DNA of 24,481 nucleotides from Bacteriovoracaceae bacterium (GCA_049599895.1 JBMYPC010000036.1:1-24481), one strand, 5' to 3'; numbered from the stretch's first letter, positions 1 to 10,006 are shown. The notes: a model not told the origin generated them from the letters alone. Translations and numbers: made by a program.

Positions 1-2
1 CT

Positions 3-839
3 ACCTTTGGTATTCTTACTGGTCTTTTAAGTGCTGACTCTGGAGAGCTATCTTTATTTGACGAGAAAGTTCTCAGAAAAGGAAAGCAGTTAACAAAAAG
101 CAATCAGTATCGCTCCATTGGCTACCTTCCTGAAAAAGCTCCTCTTTATGGTTATATGAGAGTCAGAGAGTTTATTGAATTTGCTTACGATATTCATTCG
201 CCATCGGGGATCAATAAAAAGTCAGCTCTTGATCGGGCCATTGAACTTTGCGGTTTGGAAGATGTTAAGCATCAGACGACTTCAACTCTTTCAAAGGGCT
301 TTAAACAAAGAGTCGCTTTGGCCTCGACTATTGTCTATAATCCAAAACTTCTTATCTTGGATGAGCCGTTTTCAGGACTTGATCCAGAGGCGACGCATTC
401 TTTAAGAGAGCTTATTTTAAAATTAAAAGGTGAACACACCATTATTTTCTCTTCTCATCAATTGAGTGAAGTAGAAAGAGTGTGTGAGCGTTTATCAATC
501 CTTAAAAAAGGTGAAGTCATTTTTAATGGCAGCCAAAGTGAGCTTGCCAATGAATACGAAAGTAACCACTTTTTAAGAATCAACGTGGACTCGTGGCGAC
601 CTGAGATTGAATCAGCTCTTAAAGAGAAGTTCTCTCTTGAGTTGATTGAAAAGAACTCTCTTCAAACCAGTGGTCTTAGCCTTAAATTTAAAACCCCTTC
701 AAAAGAAGGTGGGCATAACGATCTGATGAAGTTTCTTCTCGATAAAGATGTTTGCATTCATAGTATCGAGAAAGGACAGTCAAACCTTGAGGAGCTCTTT
801 GAAAATACTCTTGCTTCAAACTTGGAGACTTTACAATGA
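3..839 (+). CDS. ABC transporter ATP-binding protein, GldA-like (5' partial)
   Basis: Frame is open from the window start (TFGILTGLLSADSG...IGYLPE), so the real start lies upstream of the window. Signature LSKGFKQRV, Walker B LLILDEP and H-loop SSH are present. Followed by GldF/GldG-like genes. Confidence 0.9.
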   Translation, partial: TFGILTGLLSADSGELSLFDEKVLRKGKQLTKSNQYRSIGYLPEKAPLYGYMRVREFIEFAYDIHSPSGINKKSALDRAIELCGLEDVKHQTTSTLSKGFKQRVALASTIVYNPKLLILDEPFSGLDPEATHSLRELILKLKGEHTIIFSSHQLSEVERVCERLSILKKGEVIFNGSQSELANEYESNHFLRINVDSWRPEIESALKEKFSLELIEKNSLQTSGLSLKFKTPSKEGGHNDLMKFLLDKDVCIHSIEKGQSNLEELFENTLASNLETLQ

Positions 840-1582
840 ACTCTTGGTTTCGATTGGTCTTAGTTCTCTATAAAAAAGAACTCAACTCTTTTATTAGAAG
901 ACCTCTTCTTTATGTGGTCCTAAGCCTTTTTCTTTTTTTAACGGGATGGATTTTCTTTAACTATCTTGCGGCCTTAAAAGAAATGACAAACCTTACTTTA
1001 GAACTTCAGGTTCTGAAGCCTTTATTTGGCAATGTGAATTTTATTTTTCTTTTCCTGGTCCCTCTTCTTACCATGAAAAGCTTTAGTGAAGAGAGTAGAG
1101 AAGGGACTTTGAGTCTTCTTCGTATGTCAAAGCTTAGTCATCTTCAAATTGTGGTCTCTAAGTTTTTGGCCTTACAAACAATTCTTTTTGCTTTTATTTT
1201 GATTCTTGGTCTTTATCCCTTGGTGCTCTATTTTTCTGGTTATGAAAATTTTGAAATTATTGCCAGCGCTCTTTTTGGGCTCTGTTTATCTAGTGCCACT
1301 TATATTATGGTAGGACTTTTTTGTTCAAGCTTAACTAAGAACCAAGTTTTTTCTGCGCTTTTAAGTTACACCATTCTTTTTTCAACAATGCTTCTCGTTT
1401 TATCGGCTAATGCCACATCAAATTATTTAGTGGCGCAAATTCTTCAGTACGCAAGTTTTCTCTATCACTTTGAAATGATGGCCCAAGGACTTGTGAGAAA
1501 TTATAGCCTTATTTACTTTTTAAGCTTCACAGGACTTTTTGGAATCTTATCAAAGTACTCTCTTGATGCGAGGAGATGGTAA
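836..1582 (+). CDS. ABC-2 type permease, GldF-like
   Basis: KKELNSF N-terminus, PLLTMKSFSEESREGTL motif, SSLTKNQ, about 6 hydrophobic segments. ATGA overlap with the ATPase. Confidence 0.88.
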   Translation: MNSWFRLVLVLYKKELNSFIRRPLLYVVLSLFLFLTGWIFFNYLAALKEMTNLTLELQVLKPLFGNVNFIFLFLVPLLTMKSFSEESREGTLSLLRMSKLSHLQIVVSKFLALQTILFAFILILGLYPLVLYFSGYENFEIIASALFGLCLSSATYIMVGLFCSSLTKNQVFSALLSYTILFSTMLLVLSANATSNYLVAQILQYASFLYHFEMMAQGLVRNYSLIYFLSFTGLFGILSKYSLDARRW

Positions 1583-3123
1583 TGGCGACAATTTGGACAA
1601 TTCTTTTTGGAGTTCTGTTTATCGTTAATGTCGCCTCATGGGTGATTCTTTTTGAATACCGAGAGTTTAATTTGGGGCTTAGTCTGGCTTTGATGATAGT
1701 GGGATTAATTGCAGCCAAGCTGAATCAAAAAAAGATTCAAGACTTCTATCAATCTCAGTGGTTTAAGAACTTTTCAAAAAAGTTCATTAGAGTTTTTATT
1801 TGTTTCGGTATTTTGGGAATGCTGAATTATCTGGTTTTTAAAAACTCAAAGACCTATGATTTTAGTGGGCGCTTTGTTCATGGGCTTCCTCCGCAGCTTC
1901 AGACTCTGATCACAAGCTTTAAGTCACCTGTTGAAATTAAAGTTTTTTCACCTAAAAAGCATTTTGCTGTTTTTCAAAACTACCTTAAACAATTTGAGGA
2001 ATATGGATCTGAGTTTCAAATTGAGTATATTGAGCCAAGTTTAAGACCTGATCTTGTTGAGAAGTTTGGAGTGACTTCAGAGCGTATGGTCTGGATGAAA
2101 TACGGTGAGAAAGTTGTGAAGCTTTCTAAATTTACTCATCAAGACTTTGCTTCAGGCTTTCATCGTCTAAGTCGTGAGTATGAACTCAAAGTTGGTTTCA
2201 CGACGAATCACGGAGAGCCAAGTCTTGAATCAAAAGAAAAAACAGGATTGTCAGCGCTTAAAGGATTTTTAAAAAGTAATGGAATTCAAACGAAACCCAT
2301 TAATCTTCTTTCTGGTGCCTTAACTGAAAAAGAACTCGGTGAGCTTGATGCCATTGCCATTTGGGGTCCAAAGTCAGCCTTTTCTCAAGATGAGCTTTCA
2401 AGACTGCAAAACTTTTTAAATCAGGGAAAGAGTCTTTATATTGCGATTGATCCGACTCTTAATGCTGATCCTAATAAAGATCTAAGGTCATGGCTTGCGG
2501 TTAATGGAATCTTTATCGATAACGCTTTTGTGATCGATAAAAAATCTTTTGTGAATGGATCAAAAGGCTCAATTCCTTTGGTGAATAGCCAATGGGGTGC
2601 AAAAGATTATATGAAGCTTAGCTTTCCCGTCTTTTTTCCTCTTTCTGCACCGGTTTATACAACCCCAGGTTTTGAGGCCAACAATAAAAACCTAAAGGTT
2701 GAACCTGTTCTTGTCTCTTCTCATAAGCCTCATAGTTGGAGTGAAAGAAGCAAAGAAGAATTTTTAAAACAAGATCTTAAATACACAGAAGGTGTTGATG
2801 CTGAAGGACCTCTGGCTATGATGGTTCTTCTTAAAAACGAAAAAACTTCAATCTTAGGTGTTGGGTCATCAAGATTTGTCGAAAATCAGTACGCAAGGTT
2901 TTCCAATCATTTTGAACTTTTTTATCAAGGACTCAATAGTCTTGGGCCTGAATCAACTAAGATTAAGCTTTCAAATTTTGTTGCTAAAGAAGAGCCTATC
3001 TTCATAGGGCAAACCCATATGAAGCTTGTTTTCAGTATTGTTGTGATTTTTCTTCCCTTAATCTTTCTTGGCCTAAGTATTTATATCTATAGACGAGGGA
3101 TAAAGGCCCCTCAAGTAGCATAG
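1576..3123 (+). CDS. GldG-like ABC transporter auxiliary component
   Basis: N-terminal TM segments, a large soluble domain with GFTTNHGEP and GPKSAFSQDE motifs, and one C-terminal TM helix. Directly follows the permease. Confidence 0.8.
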   Translation: MVMATIWTILFGVLFIVNVASWVILFEYREFNLGLSLALMIVGLIAAKLNQKKIQDFYQSQWFKNFSKKFIRVFICFGILGMLNYLVFKNSKTYDFSGRFVHGLPPQLQTLITSFKSPVEIKVFSPKKHFAVFQNYLKQFEEYGSEFQIEYIEPSLRPDLVEKFGVTSERMVWMKYGEKVVKLSKFTHQDFASGFHRLSREYELKVGFTTNHGEPSLESKEKTGLSALKGFLKSNGIQTKPINLLSGALTEKELGELDAIAIWGPKSAFSQDELSRLQNFLNQGKSLYIAIDPTLNADPNKDLRSWLAVNGIFIDNAFVIDKKSFVNGSKGSIPLVNSQWGAKDYMKLSFPVFFPLSAPVYTTPGFEANNKNLKVEPVLVSSHKPHSWSERSKEEFLKQDLKYTEGVDAEGPLAMMVLLKNEKTSILGVGSSRFVENQYARFSNHFELFYQGLNSLGPESTKIKLSNFVAKEEPIFIGQTHMKLVFSIVVIFLPLIFLGLSIYIYRRGIKAPQVA

Positions 3124-3131
3124 GGAGAAGT

Positions 3132-4424
3132 TTGAAGTTTAATATAATCCTAGGACTTATCTTTTCAATGTTATTGGCCTTTGGTTATTACACCCAAGAA
3201 TACCTTCCTTCGCAAAATGAAAAACAAGAAGTTTTTGGCATCGTTGAAGGTGAGAACTTAAAAGAGATCAAAGCTCCTTTTTATCAGCTGTCTGCCAATG
3301 GTGAGGATCTCTTTATTAAAGTGAACGATCAAAAACTTAAAGTTGATACTGAGATCTCAAGAGAGTTTTTTAAGCTTTTAAGCACGTTGAGTGTTGTTGA
3401 AAGACTCGAATCAAAAAAGGTAAGCGAAATAGGAGAGAGTTCGTTTTTTTCTTATCAAAAAGAGCCTGAGCAAACTAGGCCTTGTCTTGAATTTCTTTTT
3501 GAAAAAGAAAAATCAGAGATTTGCATTGGAAATAAAGTGAAGTTTGATCAAAGCTTTTATCTCAAAGTCACTTCTCATAAAAAGACGAAGTTCTATCGAG
3601 CTAAAATCGATCAAATTTTAAAAGAAGTCTATAATGAAAAAGAGTACGGCCGATCTGAAGAGCATTATAGAAGTTTTCTTGGACTTGTCCTTAGTGACCA
3701 AACTCTCTTTTTTCCAAGATCTCTTTTTAGCGGCCTAGAGCTTAAAACCATGGAAGTCGTAACCACACTTGGTCGAAGGTTTTCGATTAATTTTGAAAAT
3801 CAAAGTATTGAGCCTGTTCTCTTTGAACAAATAAAGATCAATCAGAAGAAAATTAAGGACTTTCAAAAAGAACTTAGGAAGTTTAGGTTTTCAAAAACTC
3901 ATTACCCTTATTCCGAGAATCAGCTCAAAGGCTTTACCTCCCAGGTTGAATTCACACTTAAAAACAAGCAATCTTTCACGACTCGAGTCTACTCAGAGTA
4001 TGCTGGAAAAAGAGGATATTTTGTTTGGATCAAAGATTTGCCTTTTCTCTATGAAATGAAAGCCGAAAATAGCATTGTCTTTCATCCTCATCTTCAAGAC
4101 TTTTATTATAAGTCTCCTTTTCATGACAAAGTCCCTAAGAACCAAGTTTCAATCCAAAAAGTGAAAAAAGCTGAGGTGCTTAAAGGGTATTCAAAGTCGA
4201 AACTCTTTCGATTCTTGGCCACATCTACTGATTGGGTTTCACTACTTGATAAAATTGATCATAAAACGTACAGCACTAATCAACTTCTCGAAGTTAAGGT
4301 CGAAGAAAAAATCTATAAGTTATTTCAAAATCAAGAGGATTTGGTTTTAATAAATGATAAGACCAAGATAAAATACCATTACTATCGAGGCTACGAGAGG
4401 CTCAAAGAGTTAGGAATTAAATGA
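3132..4424 (+). CDS. Membrane-anchored hypothetical protein, probably DUF4340-like
   Basis: TTG start preceded by GGAG. Single N-terminal anchor. Position after a GldG-like gene is typical of DUF4340, so the family call rests mostly on context. Confidence 0.6.
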   Translation: MKFNIILGLIFSMLLAFGYYTQEYLPSQNEKQEVFGIVEGENLKEIKAPFYQLSANGEDLFIKVNDQKLKVDTEISREFFKLLSTLSVVERLESKKVSEIGESSFFSYQKEPEQTRPCLEFLFEKEKSEICIGNKVKFDQSFYLKVTSHKKTKFYRAKIDQILKEVYNEKEYGRSEEHYRSFLGLVLSDQTLFFPRSLFSGLELKTMEVVTTLGRRFSINFENQSIEPVLFEQIKINQKKIKDFQKELRKFRFSKTHYPYSENQLKGFTSQVEFTLKNKQSFTTRVYSEYAGKRGYFVWIKDLPFLYEMKAENSIVFHPHLQDFYYKSPFHDKVPKNQVSIQKVKKAEVLKGYSKSKLFRFLATSTDWVSLLDKIDHKTYSTNQLLEVKVEEKIYKLFQNQEDLVLINDKTKIKYHYYRGYERLKELGIK

Positions 4425-5083
4425 TCGAAGTATTTTCTCGCTATATTGAAACTTTTCTTCACCCTTTTCATATTCAAAGGGAGTTAGGGGATAAGGCCAA
4501 TGCTCCTCAAAAACTTTCAGAAGCACCATTGTTTGAAGAGAGATCTGTTGGAGTTAAGTTTTGGGAGGCCATCTCAATTTCTTGGATTTGGTATCTTCTT
4601 CATGTGAGCTTTGTTCTTTTTGCCCTTTATGTATCATCTCTTGTGTATGAGCAAATGGAAGGTCACGACATTCTCACTGAAATTCTTCTTGAGACTTGGC
4701 AAAGTGCAACCGCAAGGGCCGCTGTCATGGGAGTTTTGGTTTCAGCTCTTATTTTTCCAATCTCTGAGTTTATTTTTTATAAAATTATGACCAAGCTTAT
4801 TCGCTTCTTTGCCGATCTTTTTCAAAACGATGCAAGCGATGAACAGATTGATCAAGTGGTGAGTTGCGCTCTTTGCGCCAATGCTTTTTACGTCGTTCCC
4901 TTTTTCGGGAGAATGCTTTCTTATTTTGCCCTTGAGTTCTATCTTTTTGCAGGGCTTAAAAATAACCTTAGAATGTCGAATCTTCAGAGTTTCATTGTGG
5001 TTATTTCGCCAATTTTACTGATCTTTTTCAGTATGAGCGTATTTTTCACATTTATCATTTTAATGCTGGGCTTTATTTTCTAG
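4421..5083 (+). CDS. Hypothetical integral membrane protein (Yip1-like topology)
   Basis: 220 aa with 4-5 hydrophobic segments. ATGA overlap with the upstream gene. Family uncertain. Confidence 0.65.
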   Translation: MIEVFSRYIETFLHPFHIQRELGDKANAPQKLSEAPLFEERSVGVKFWEAISISWIWYLLHVSFVLFALYVSSLVYEQMEGHDILTEILLETWQSATARAAVMGVLVSALIFPISEFIFYKIMTKLIRFFADLFQNDASDEQIDQVVSCALCANAFYVVPFFGRMLSYFALEFYLFAGLKNNLRMSNLQSFIVVISPILLIFFSMSVFFTFIILMLGFIF

Positions 5084-5188
5084 AAAGTTCTGCTTTCCTC
5101 TAACTGTTTGTAGACAGAAACCCGTGGCCTTGGAAAAATACAGGTCTATTTCTTCTCTATCGATGATGTGTTGCAAAAGGGAATTTCG

Positions 5189-5839
5189 ATGATTAATAAC
5201 TTCGTGAGTCAATCAGGTTGGGTTGAGGTCGTTTGTGGGCCTATGTTTTCAGGAAAAACTGAGGAGCTCATTAGACGTGTGAGAAGAGCACAGATCGCAA
5301 GACAAAAAGTTCAAATCTTTAAACCTAAGATTGATAATCGTTACCATGACACCAATGTTGTGAGCCATTCAAGTCAAGAAGTGGAGGCAACTCCAGTTGA
5401 TAACCCTGTGGACATTCTTTTTAAGCTTTACGATACCACTCGCGTTGTCGCGATTGACGAAGTTCAGTTTTTTGATGAAGGAATTGAAAGAATTGTGACC
5501 AAGCTTGCAAGGCGTGGTCTTCGTGTGATTCTTGCTGGTCTTGATCAAGACTTTAGAGGGCAGCCTTTTGGTCCAATGCCACAGCTTTTGGCGCTAGCAG
5601 ATGTGGTCACAAAGGTTCAGGCGATCTGTACAGTTTGTGGTGCTCCTGCCACTAAGACGAGTCGTTTACAGCAAAAGAATTCAGATCAGGTTCTTATTGG
5701 CGAAGCTGATATCTATGAGGCCCGTTGCCGCCAACACCACGAAGAGCAGGTGGGACATGAACAAGAGCTTCTCGCTTTTGATTTTTTAAAGAATGAAGAA
5801 TTACCAATAAATAATAATGAAACAGTAGAGGAATCATGA
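5189..5839 (+). CDS. tdk: Thymidine kinase
   Basis: GPMFSGKTEELIRR P-loop, IDEVQF, AGLDQDF, and Zn site CTVC...CRQH. ATG at 5189 preferred over 5168 because AAGGGA precedes it. Confidence 0.97.
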   Translation: MINNFVSQSGWVEVVCGPMFSGKTEELIRRVRRAQIARQKVQIFKPKIDNRYHDTNVVSHSSQEVEATPVDNPVDILFKLYDTTRVVAIDEVQFFDEGIERIVTKLARRGLRVILAGLDQDFRGQPFGPMPQLLALADVVTKVQAICTVCGAPATKTSRLQQKNSDQVLIGEADIYEARCRQHHEEQVGHEQELLAFDFLKNEELPINNNETVEES

Positions 5840-6360
5840 AAAAATTTAAAACCCTTTTTTCCAGGGAAGACATCCAGAAAAAAGTTCAAGAAATGGGAAA
5901 GCAAATCCGTGCAGATTACGGTGATGAACCCGTCTATGCAATGGGAATCTTAAACGGAAGTTTTATTTTTGCAGCTGATCTTATTCGTGAAATCGGATCT
6001 CCCTTAGAAGTGAACTTTATTAAGGCCTCTTCTTATGGTGATAAAACGGTTTCTTCTGGGGACGTTAAAGTCTGGGGCCTTGATGGTCTTGATCTGACGA
6101 ATAAGAATGTCCTCATCATTGAAGACATCGTTGATACGGGAAATACTCTGGCGGCTTTGAGACCACTCATTGAACAAATTGGTCCTAAGTCAATAAAGTT
6201 AGCGAGTCTTCTTTTTAAGCCTTCAAGAAACATCGTCAAAGTCGACATTGATTATCTTGGTTGGGAAATCGATGATCTTTTTGTTCTTGGTTACGGCCTT
6301 GATTTAGCCGGACAATATCGTGAACTTCCAGACATTGTTGTCAATGAGGGAGAGGCCTAA
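5836..6360 (+). CDS. hpt: Hypoxanthine phosphoribosyltransferase
   Basis: PRPP-binding motif IIEDIVDTGNT, ASSYG, FVLGYGLD...YRELP. Confidence 0.96.
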   Translation: MKKFKTLFSREDIQKKVQEMGKQIRADYGDEPVYAMGILNGSFIFAADLIREIGSPLEVNFIKASSYGDKTVSSGDVKVWGLDGLDLTNKNVLIIEDIVDTGNTLAALRPLIEQIGPKSIKLASLLFKPSRNIVKVDIDYLGWEIDDLFVLGYGLDLAGQYRELPDIVVNEGEA

Positions 6361-6365
6361 AACTC

Positions 6366-7427
6366 ATGGGAGAGTCTTTAGCTCAATCAGAAAAGTTCGG
6401 TAGTGTGAGAGTCGATCTCACCGGTGGAACGATTGATATTTTTCCCATTAATTACATCCTCCCTGATGTGACCACTCTGAACGTTGCTCTTGAAATCGGT
6501 GCCAATATCAAAATCAAGCGTCTTGAATCTTCAGAGATTAAAATCATCTCTAAAGACTATGAGACTTCATTGAGTTTTGATGATTGGAAAAAGATTAAAG
6601 ATCAAAAAAATCAAGACTCTCGTTTTCGTTTTGTTTCAGAAATCATAGAGCAGGTGTTGACCGACATTTCAAGAGAAAATTCAAATCAGAACTTTGGAAT
6701 GGAAATCGAATTAAGTTCTGGTGCCCCTGCGGGAAGTGGCCTTGGTGGTTCCAGTGCTATGGGCGTAACTCTTATGGGCGCTGTCTACGAAGCTTTTAAT
6801 GAAACCTATGATCCAAAAGATGTCATTAAAAGAGTTCAGATCCTTGAGTCAAGACAACTTGATAAGGGCGTTCCAGGATATCAGGATTATTATCCTGCGA
6901 TGTTTGGAGGTGTTCTAGCTCTTTCTCCAGGAGCTTCTGAAATTGAAGTCGATCAATGTTTTAATCAAGACCTAAAAGAATTCTACGAAAATCATATCTC
7001 TCTCTTTTTCTCGAATAAAAGTCGATTCTCTGGAATTAATAATTGGGAAGTGTATAAGAACTTTTTTGACAATGATTCAGGCACTCGAGAAGGACTTGAA
7101 GACATAGCAAGACTTTCCACTGAAAACTATAAGGCCATTCAAAATAAAGACTTTAAAAAGTCGTTAAAACTTATTGTTGAAGAGGGTCTCGTAAGAGAAA
7201 AGCTTTTTTCTAAAATAGTGACTCCTGAAATTGCAGAAGTGGCGAAGCTTTGCAGTGAAAAATTTTCAGATCAGTATTATGGAATGAAAATGTGTGGTGC
7301 TGGTGGAGGCGGATGTTTTATCATGCTCCACGACCCAAGCATTAAAGCTGAGCTTCATGAAATAGTAAGAAAAAGTGAAATGGAAGCTCTCAATTTTTCC
7401 ATTTCTCATCCTAAGGATCTTTCTTGA
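6366..7427 (+). CDS. GHMP family sugar kinase (HddA / heptose-7-phosphate kinase-like)
   Basis: RVDLTGGTID, PAGSGLGGSS, GYQDYY and GAGGGG motifs. Substrate cannot be determined from sequence. Confidence 0.85.
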   Translation: MGESLAQSEKFGSVRVDLTGGTIDIFPINYILPDVTTLNVALEIGANIKIKRLESSEIKIISKDYETSLSFDDWKKIKDQKNQDSRFRFVSEIIEQVLTDISRENSNQNFGMEIELSSGAPAGSGLGGSSAMGVTLMGAVYEAFNETYDPKDVIKRVQILESRQLDKGVPGYQDYYPAMFGGVLALSPGASEIEVDQCFNQDLKEFYENHISLFFSNKSRFSGINNWEVYKNFFDNDSGTREGLEDIARLSTENYKAIQNKDFKKSLKLIVEEGLVREKLFSKIVTPEIAEVAKLCSEKFSDQYYGMKMCGAGGGGCFIMLHDPSIKAELHEIVRKSEMEALNFSISHPKDLS

Positions 7428-8371
7428 AATCCCAATGTGCCGCAGGACTTAGTCTTAAGGGTGGAAAAAGAGATCAATTCTTTTTCAGTGTTTTGGAATA
7501 CTATCCAGAAAAAAAGCGCTGGTTTTTAAGTTCTTTACTTCAAGTGAAGGATGATCCTGAAAATAAAGATGGGGATGAAGTCATTCAAAACTGGATTCAA
7601 GAACATAAAGTTCAAAATCTTGTCGTTGATGTTCCTCTTTCTCCTCCACCTATGCTTGAACTTGACCTTGGTTGGCCAAAGCCCACAGGGAAAGAAGAAG
7701 ATTTCTTAAAGCTGGTTCAAGATGAGATTCAAGAACTTTTAGAATATGATGCTCTAAAACAAAAAGAGCACCCTAAAGAATATGAAAGGGCGAGAAATCT
7801 CGATGATGAGATTGTTTATTCAAAAAACCTTTTTTCAAAATCTTCAACGGATCATATTCTTTCAAGGCCTTTTAAACGAAGGCTAAAAAAAGGCTTTCTT
7901 CCTTATTGGAATCGGACTTTAGATTTTTGGGTCTGGTGCCATTATTACGATCAAATGCTAAAGCTTTTTAATGTCTCTTTTGATTCATTTGGAAGCACAA
8001 ACCTCATGGCATTATTTCGATTTAATCACTTAAAAAAGAACTTTCCTGCTGAAACCAATCTTTATGAGGCCAGTACTGATCTTCTTTTAATTGAGCTTTT
8101 AAGATCAAAGATTATTCATAAAAAAGATCTGCTGAACTTAAATGATATGGACCTTGGGCCTGAAGCGAAGCTCAACATTCTTATGCAGATCGAAAAGCAA
8201 CTTGGTATTTTTATTTATGATCATGACTTAGAGCTTCTTGTAAAGAACCCACGAGCTTTTGAATCTTTTCTTCTCAATCTCGCAGGAAAGCTTTTTCAAA
8301 GTGGAGAGGCCAAGACTCTTCCCAAATGGACCATGCCTGAAGAGGCGAGGTTTATTGTTCCGGAGCTTTAA
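7424..8371 (+). CDS. Hypothetical protein, DUF429-like (predicted RNase H-like fold)
   Basis: TTGA start/stop overlap with the kinase. VVDVPL resembles the DUF429 IDAPL motif, with an LYEA segment and C-terminal AFESFLL. The ORF is solid but the family call is tentative. Confidence 0.55.
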   Translation: MKSQCAAGLSLKGGKRDQFFFSVLEYYPEKKRWFLSSLLQVKDDPENKDGDEVIQNWIQEHKVQNLVVDVPLSPPPMLELDLGWPKPTGKEEDFLKLVQDEIQELLEYDALKQKEHPKEYERARNLDDEIVYSKNLFSKSSTDHILSRPFKRRLKKGFLPYWNRTLDFWVWCHYYDQMLKLFNVSFDSFGSTNLMALFRFNHLKKNFPAETNLYEASTDLLLIELLRSKIIHKKDLLNLNDMDLGPEAKLNILMQIEKQLGIFIYDHDLELLVKNPRAFESFLLNLAGKLFQSGEAKTLPKWTMPEEARFIVPEL

Positions 8372-8846
8372 CTTCTTCCGTCTTTTCGACTTCAAACAAG
8401 TCTTTTTCTTTGAGGAGACCAATAAAGAAAAAGAGATAACCTAGAGCAAAGGGAATCGACTTTAGGGGGTTTGATATGACTCCAAGTAAATTTGTAAAAA
8501 TTAAAAAACCTGTAAGAAAGGCCAGATAGACTCGAGCAAAGTTTTTTCCATTGTAATAAAGAATGTACATCACAATATGAAAAAGCATAAAGAGCCCTGC
8601 GCCAAAAAGGATGCCTTTTTTCGCAAGCTCAAAGACTTCAACAAAGGTTTGCTTATCAAGTTGAGCTTCAGCTGCTAAGTTGGGATTCGTTTGCAGAGCT
8701 TCAAGAGCTTGGGAATAATACTGCTCAGTGTCTACAGAGTAGAAGCTATTGAGATAGTAGACCGTAAAGAGGTCCGTGAATAATAAAAAGAGCAGGCAAA
8801 TAATTTTAAATCTGTTTTTTCCTAATTTCTGATAGATCTCGTTCAT
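8352..8846 (-). CDS. Hypothetical membrane protein
   Basis: 164 aa with about 4 hydrophobic segments. Fills the gap between genes and overlaps the upstream gene tail-to-tail by 20 nt. Confidence 0.75.
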   Translation of the reverse strand: MNEIYQKLGKNRFKIICLLFLLFTDLFTVYYLNSFYSVDTEQYYSQALEALQTNPNLAAEAQLDKQTFVEVFELAKKGILFGAGLFMLFHIVMYILYYNGKNFARVYLAFLTGFLIFTNLLGVISNPLKSIPFALGYLFFFIGLLKEKDLFEVEKTEEVKAPEQ

Positions 8847-8954
8847 AGGGAGTTCCTGTCTTACTCTTTAAGTTGATCCGTCTAAGTTATTCATTCACAA
8901 AGATAGACGGTCGAGGCTAAAATAGCGCTGTAATCTTAGATTAGGAGATCTCTT

Positions 8955-9875
8955 TTGGCTTTGCAAATCCTCTTATTAACGATTTCCATCGTCGGGCTTT
9001 ATTTTGGTGCAGAATTTGCTCTCGATGCTTCGGAGAAGGTTGGTAAGCGCTTTGGGCTGCCACCACTTGTAATTGGTTTAGTTCTTATTGGTTTTGGAAC
9101 CTCACTGCCAGAGCTTTTTGTTTCTCAGCTCGCTAGCTTTAGGGGGCAGGGTGGAATTGCTCTTGGCAATATCATTGGTTCAAATGTGGCCAATAGTTTT
9201 CTGATTTTAGGGATTTCTTCATTAATCGTTCCCCTTAGTTTGGCCTCATCTGAGCTTAGGCCTCAGTTTATTTTTCACTTTATTGTTCATTTGATGATTG
9301 TGATCTTTTTTCAATTCTTTGGAATTAGTCCTATTTCTTCACTGTTTCTTATTCTGTTTTTTGTGATCTATATCTCTTTTACTCTCATCACTCAAAAACA
9401 TGAGGATGAAGATGAGAGTGAGACGGAGAACCTTAATTTTATGGTCTATGCAAAGCTCTTTCTCGGCTTTGCTCTTTTATATGCCAGCGGTGAGCTATTA
9501 GTTTCATCGGGAAGTGAGCTTGGAGGAATCATTGGGATCTCTCCATTTGTAATCAGTGCGATTTTTGTGGCCTTTGGAACTTCATTTCCTGAGCTTGTGA
9601 CGGCGATTCTCGCCTGTAAAAAGAAAAAAGACACCGATCTCATCGTTGGAAACATCTTAGGATCGAACATCTTTAATATTAGTTTAGTACTAGGAAGTAT
9701 TGGCTTTTACAATATTGAAACTGAGAGTCGCTTTTTATACGAAAGTTCGATACTTATGTTCTTCTGCCTGATAACTTTTGCACTTTTTAAATTTAAGAAA
9801 TCTTTGAATCGCCTTACAGGACTGATTTTCTTAAGCATTTATCTGGGCTCGGTTTATTACTGGCTTACCAAGTAG
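8955..9875 (+). CDS. Calcium/sodium antiporter (CaCA, YrbG-like)
   Basis: Two alpha repeats: GTSLPE...GNIIGSN and GTSFPE...GNILGSN. AGGAG at 8943-8947 precedes the TTG start. Confidence 0.95.
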   Translation: MALQILLLTISIVGLYFGAEFALDASEKVGKRFGLPPLVIGLVLIGFGTSLPELFVSQLASFRGQGGIALGNIIGSNVANSFLILGISSLIVPLSLASSELRPQFIFHFIVHLMIVIFFQFFGISPISSLFLILFFVIYISFTLITQKHEDEDESETENLNFMVYAKLFLGFALLYASGELLVSSGSELGGIIGISPFVISAIFVAFGTSFPELVTAILACKKKKDTDLIVGNILGSNIFNISLVLGSIGFYNIETESRFLYESSILMFFCLITFALFKFKKSLNRLTGLIFLSIYLGSVYYWLTK

Positions 9876-9934
9876 TACGAAATTCTTAACCGCTGAGAAT
9901 ATTTTGTTCTTGGCATTTTTTTAACATTTGTCAG

Positions 9935-9961
9935 TAAAGTAACTTTGATGAATTCCGAAAG
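9935..9961 (+). promoter_or_regulatory. Putative sigma28 (FliA)-type promoter
   Basis: TAAA-N15-TCCGAAAG against consensus TAAA-N15-GCCGATAA, 45 nt upstream of the ORF at 10007. Confidence 0.45.
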
Positions 9962-10006
9962 GAAAATACAATTAAGTTCTTAAGTAACTTTTATCCAAAA
10001 ATAAAT

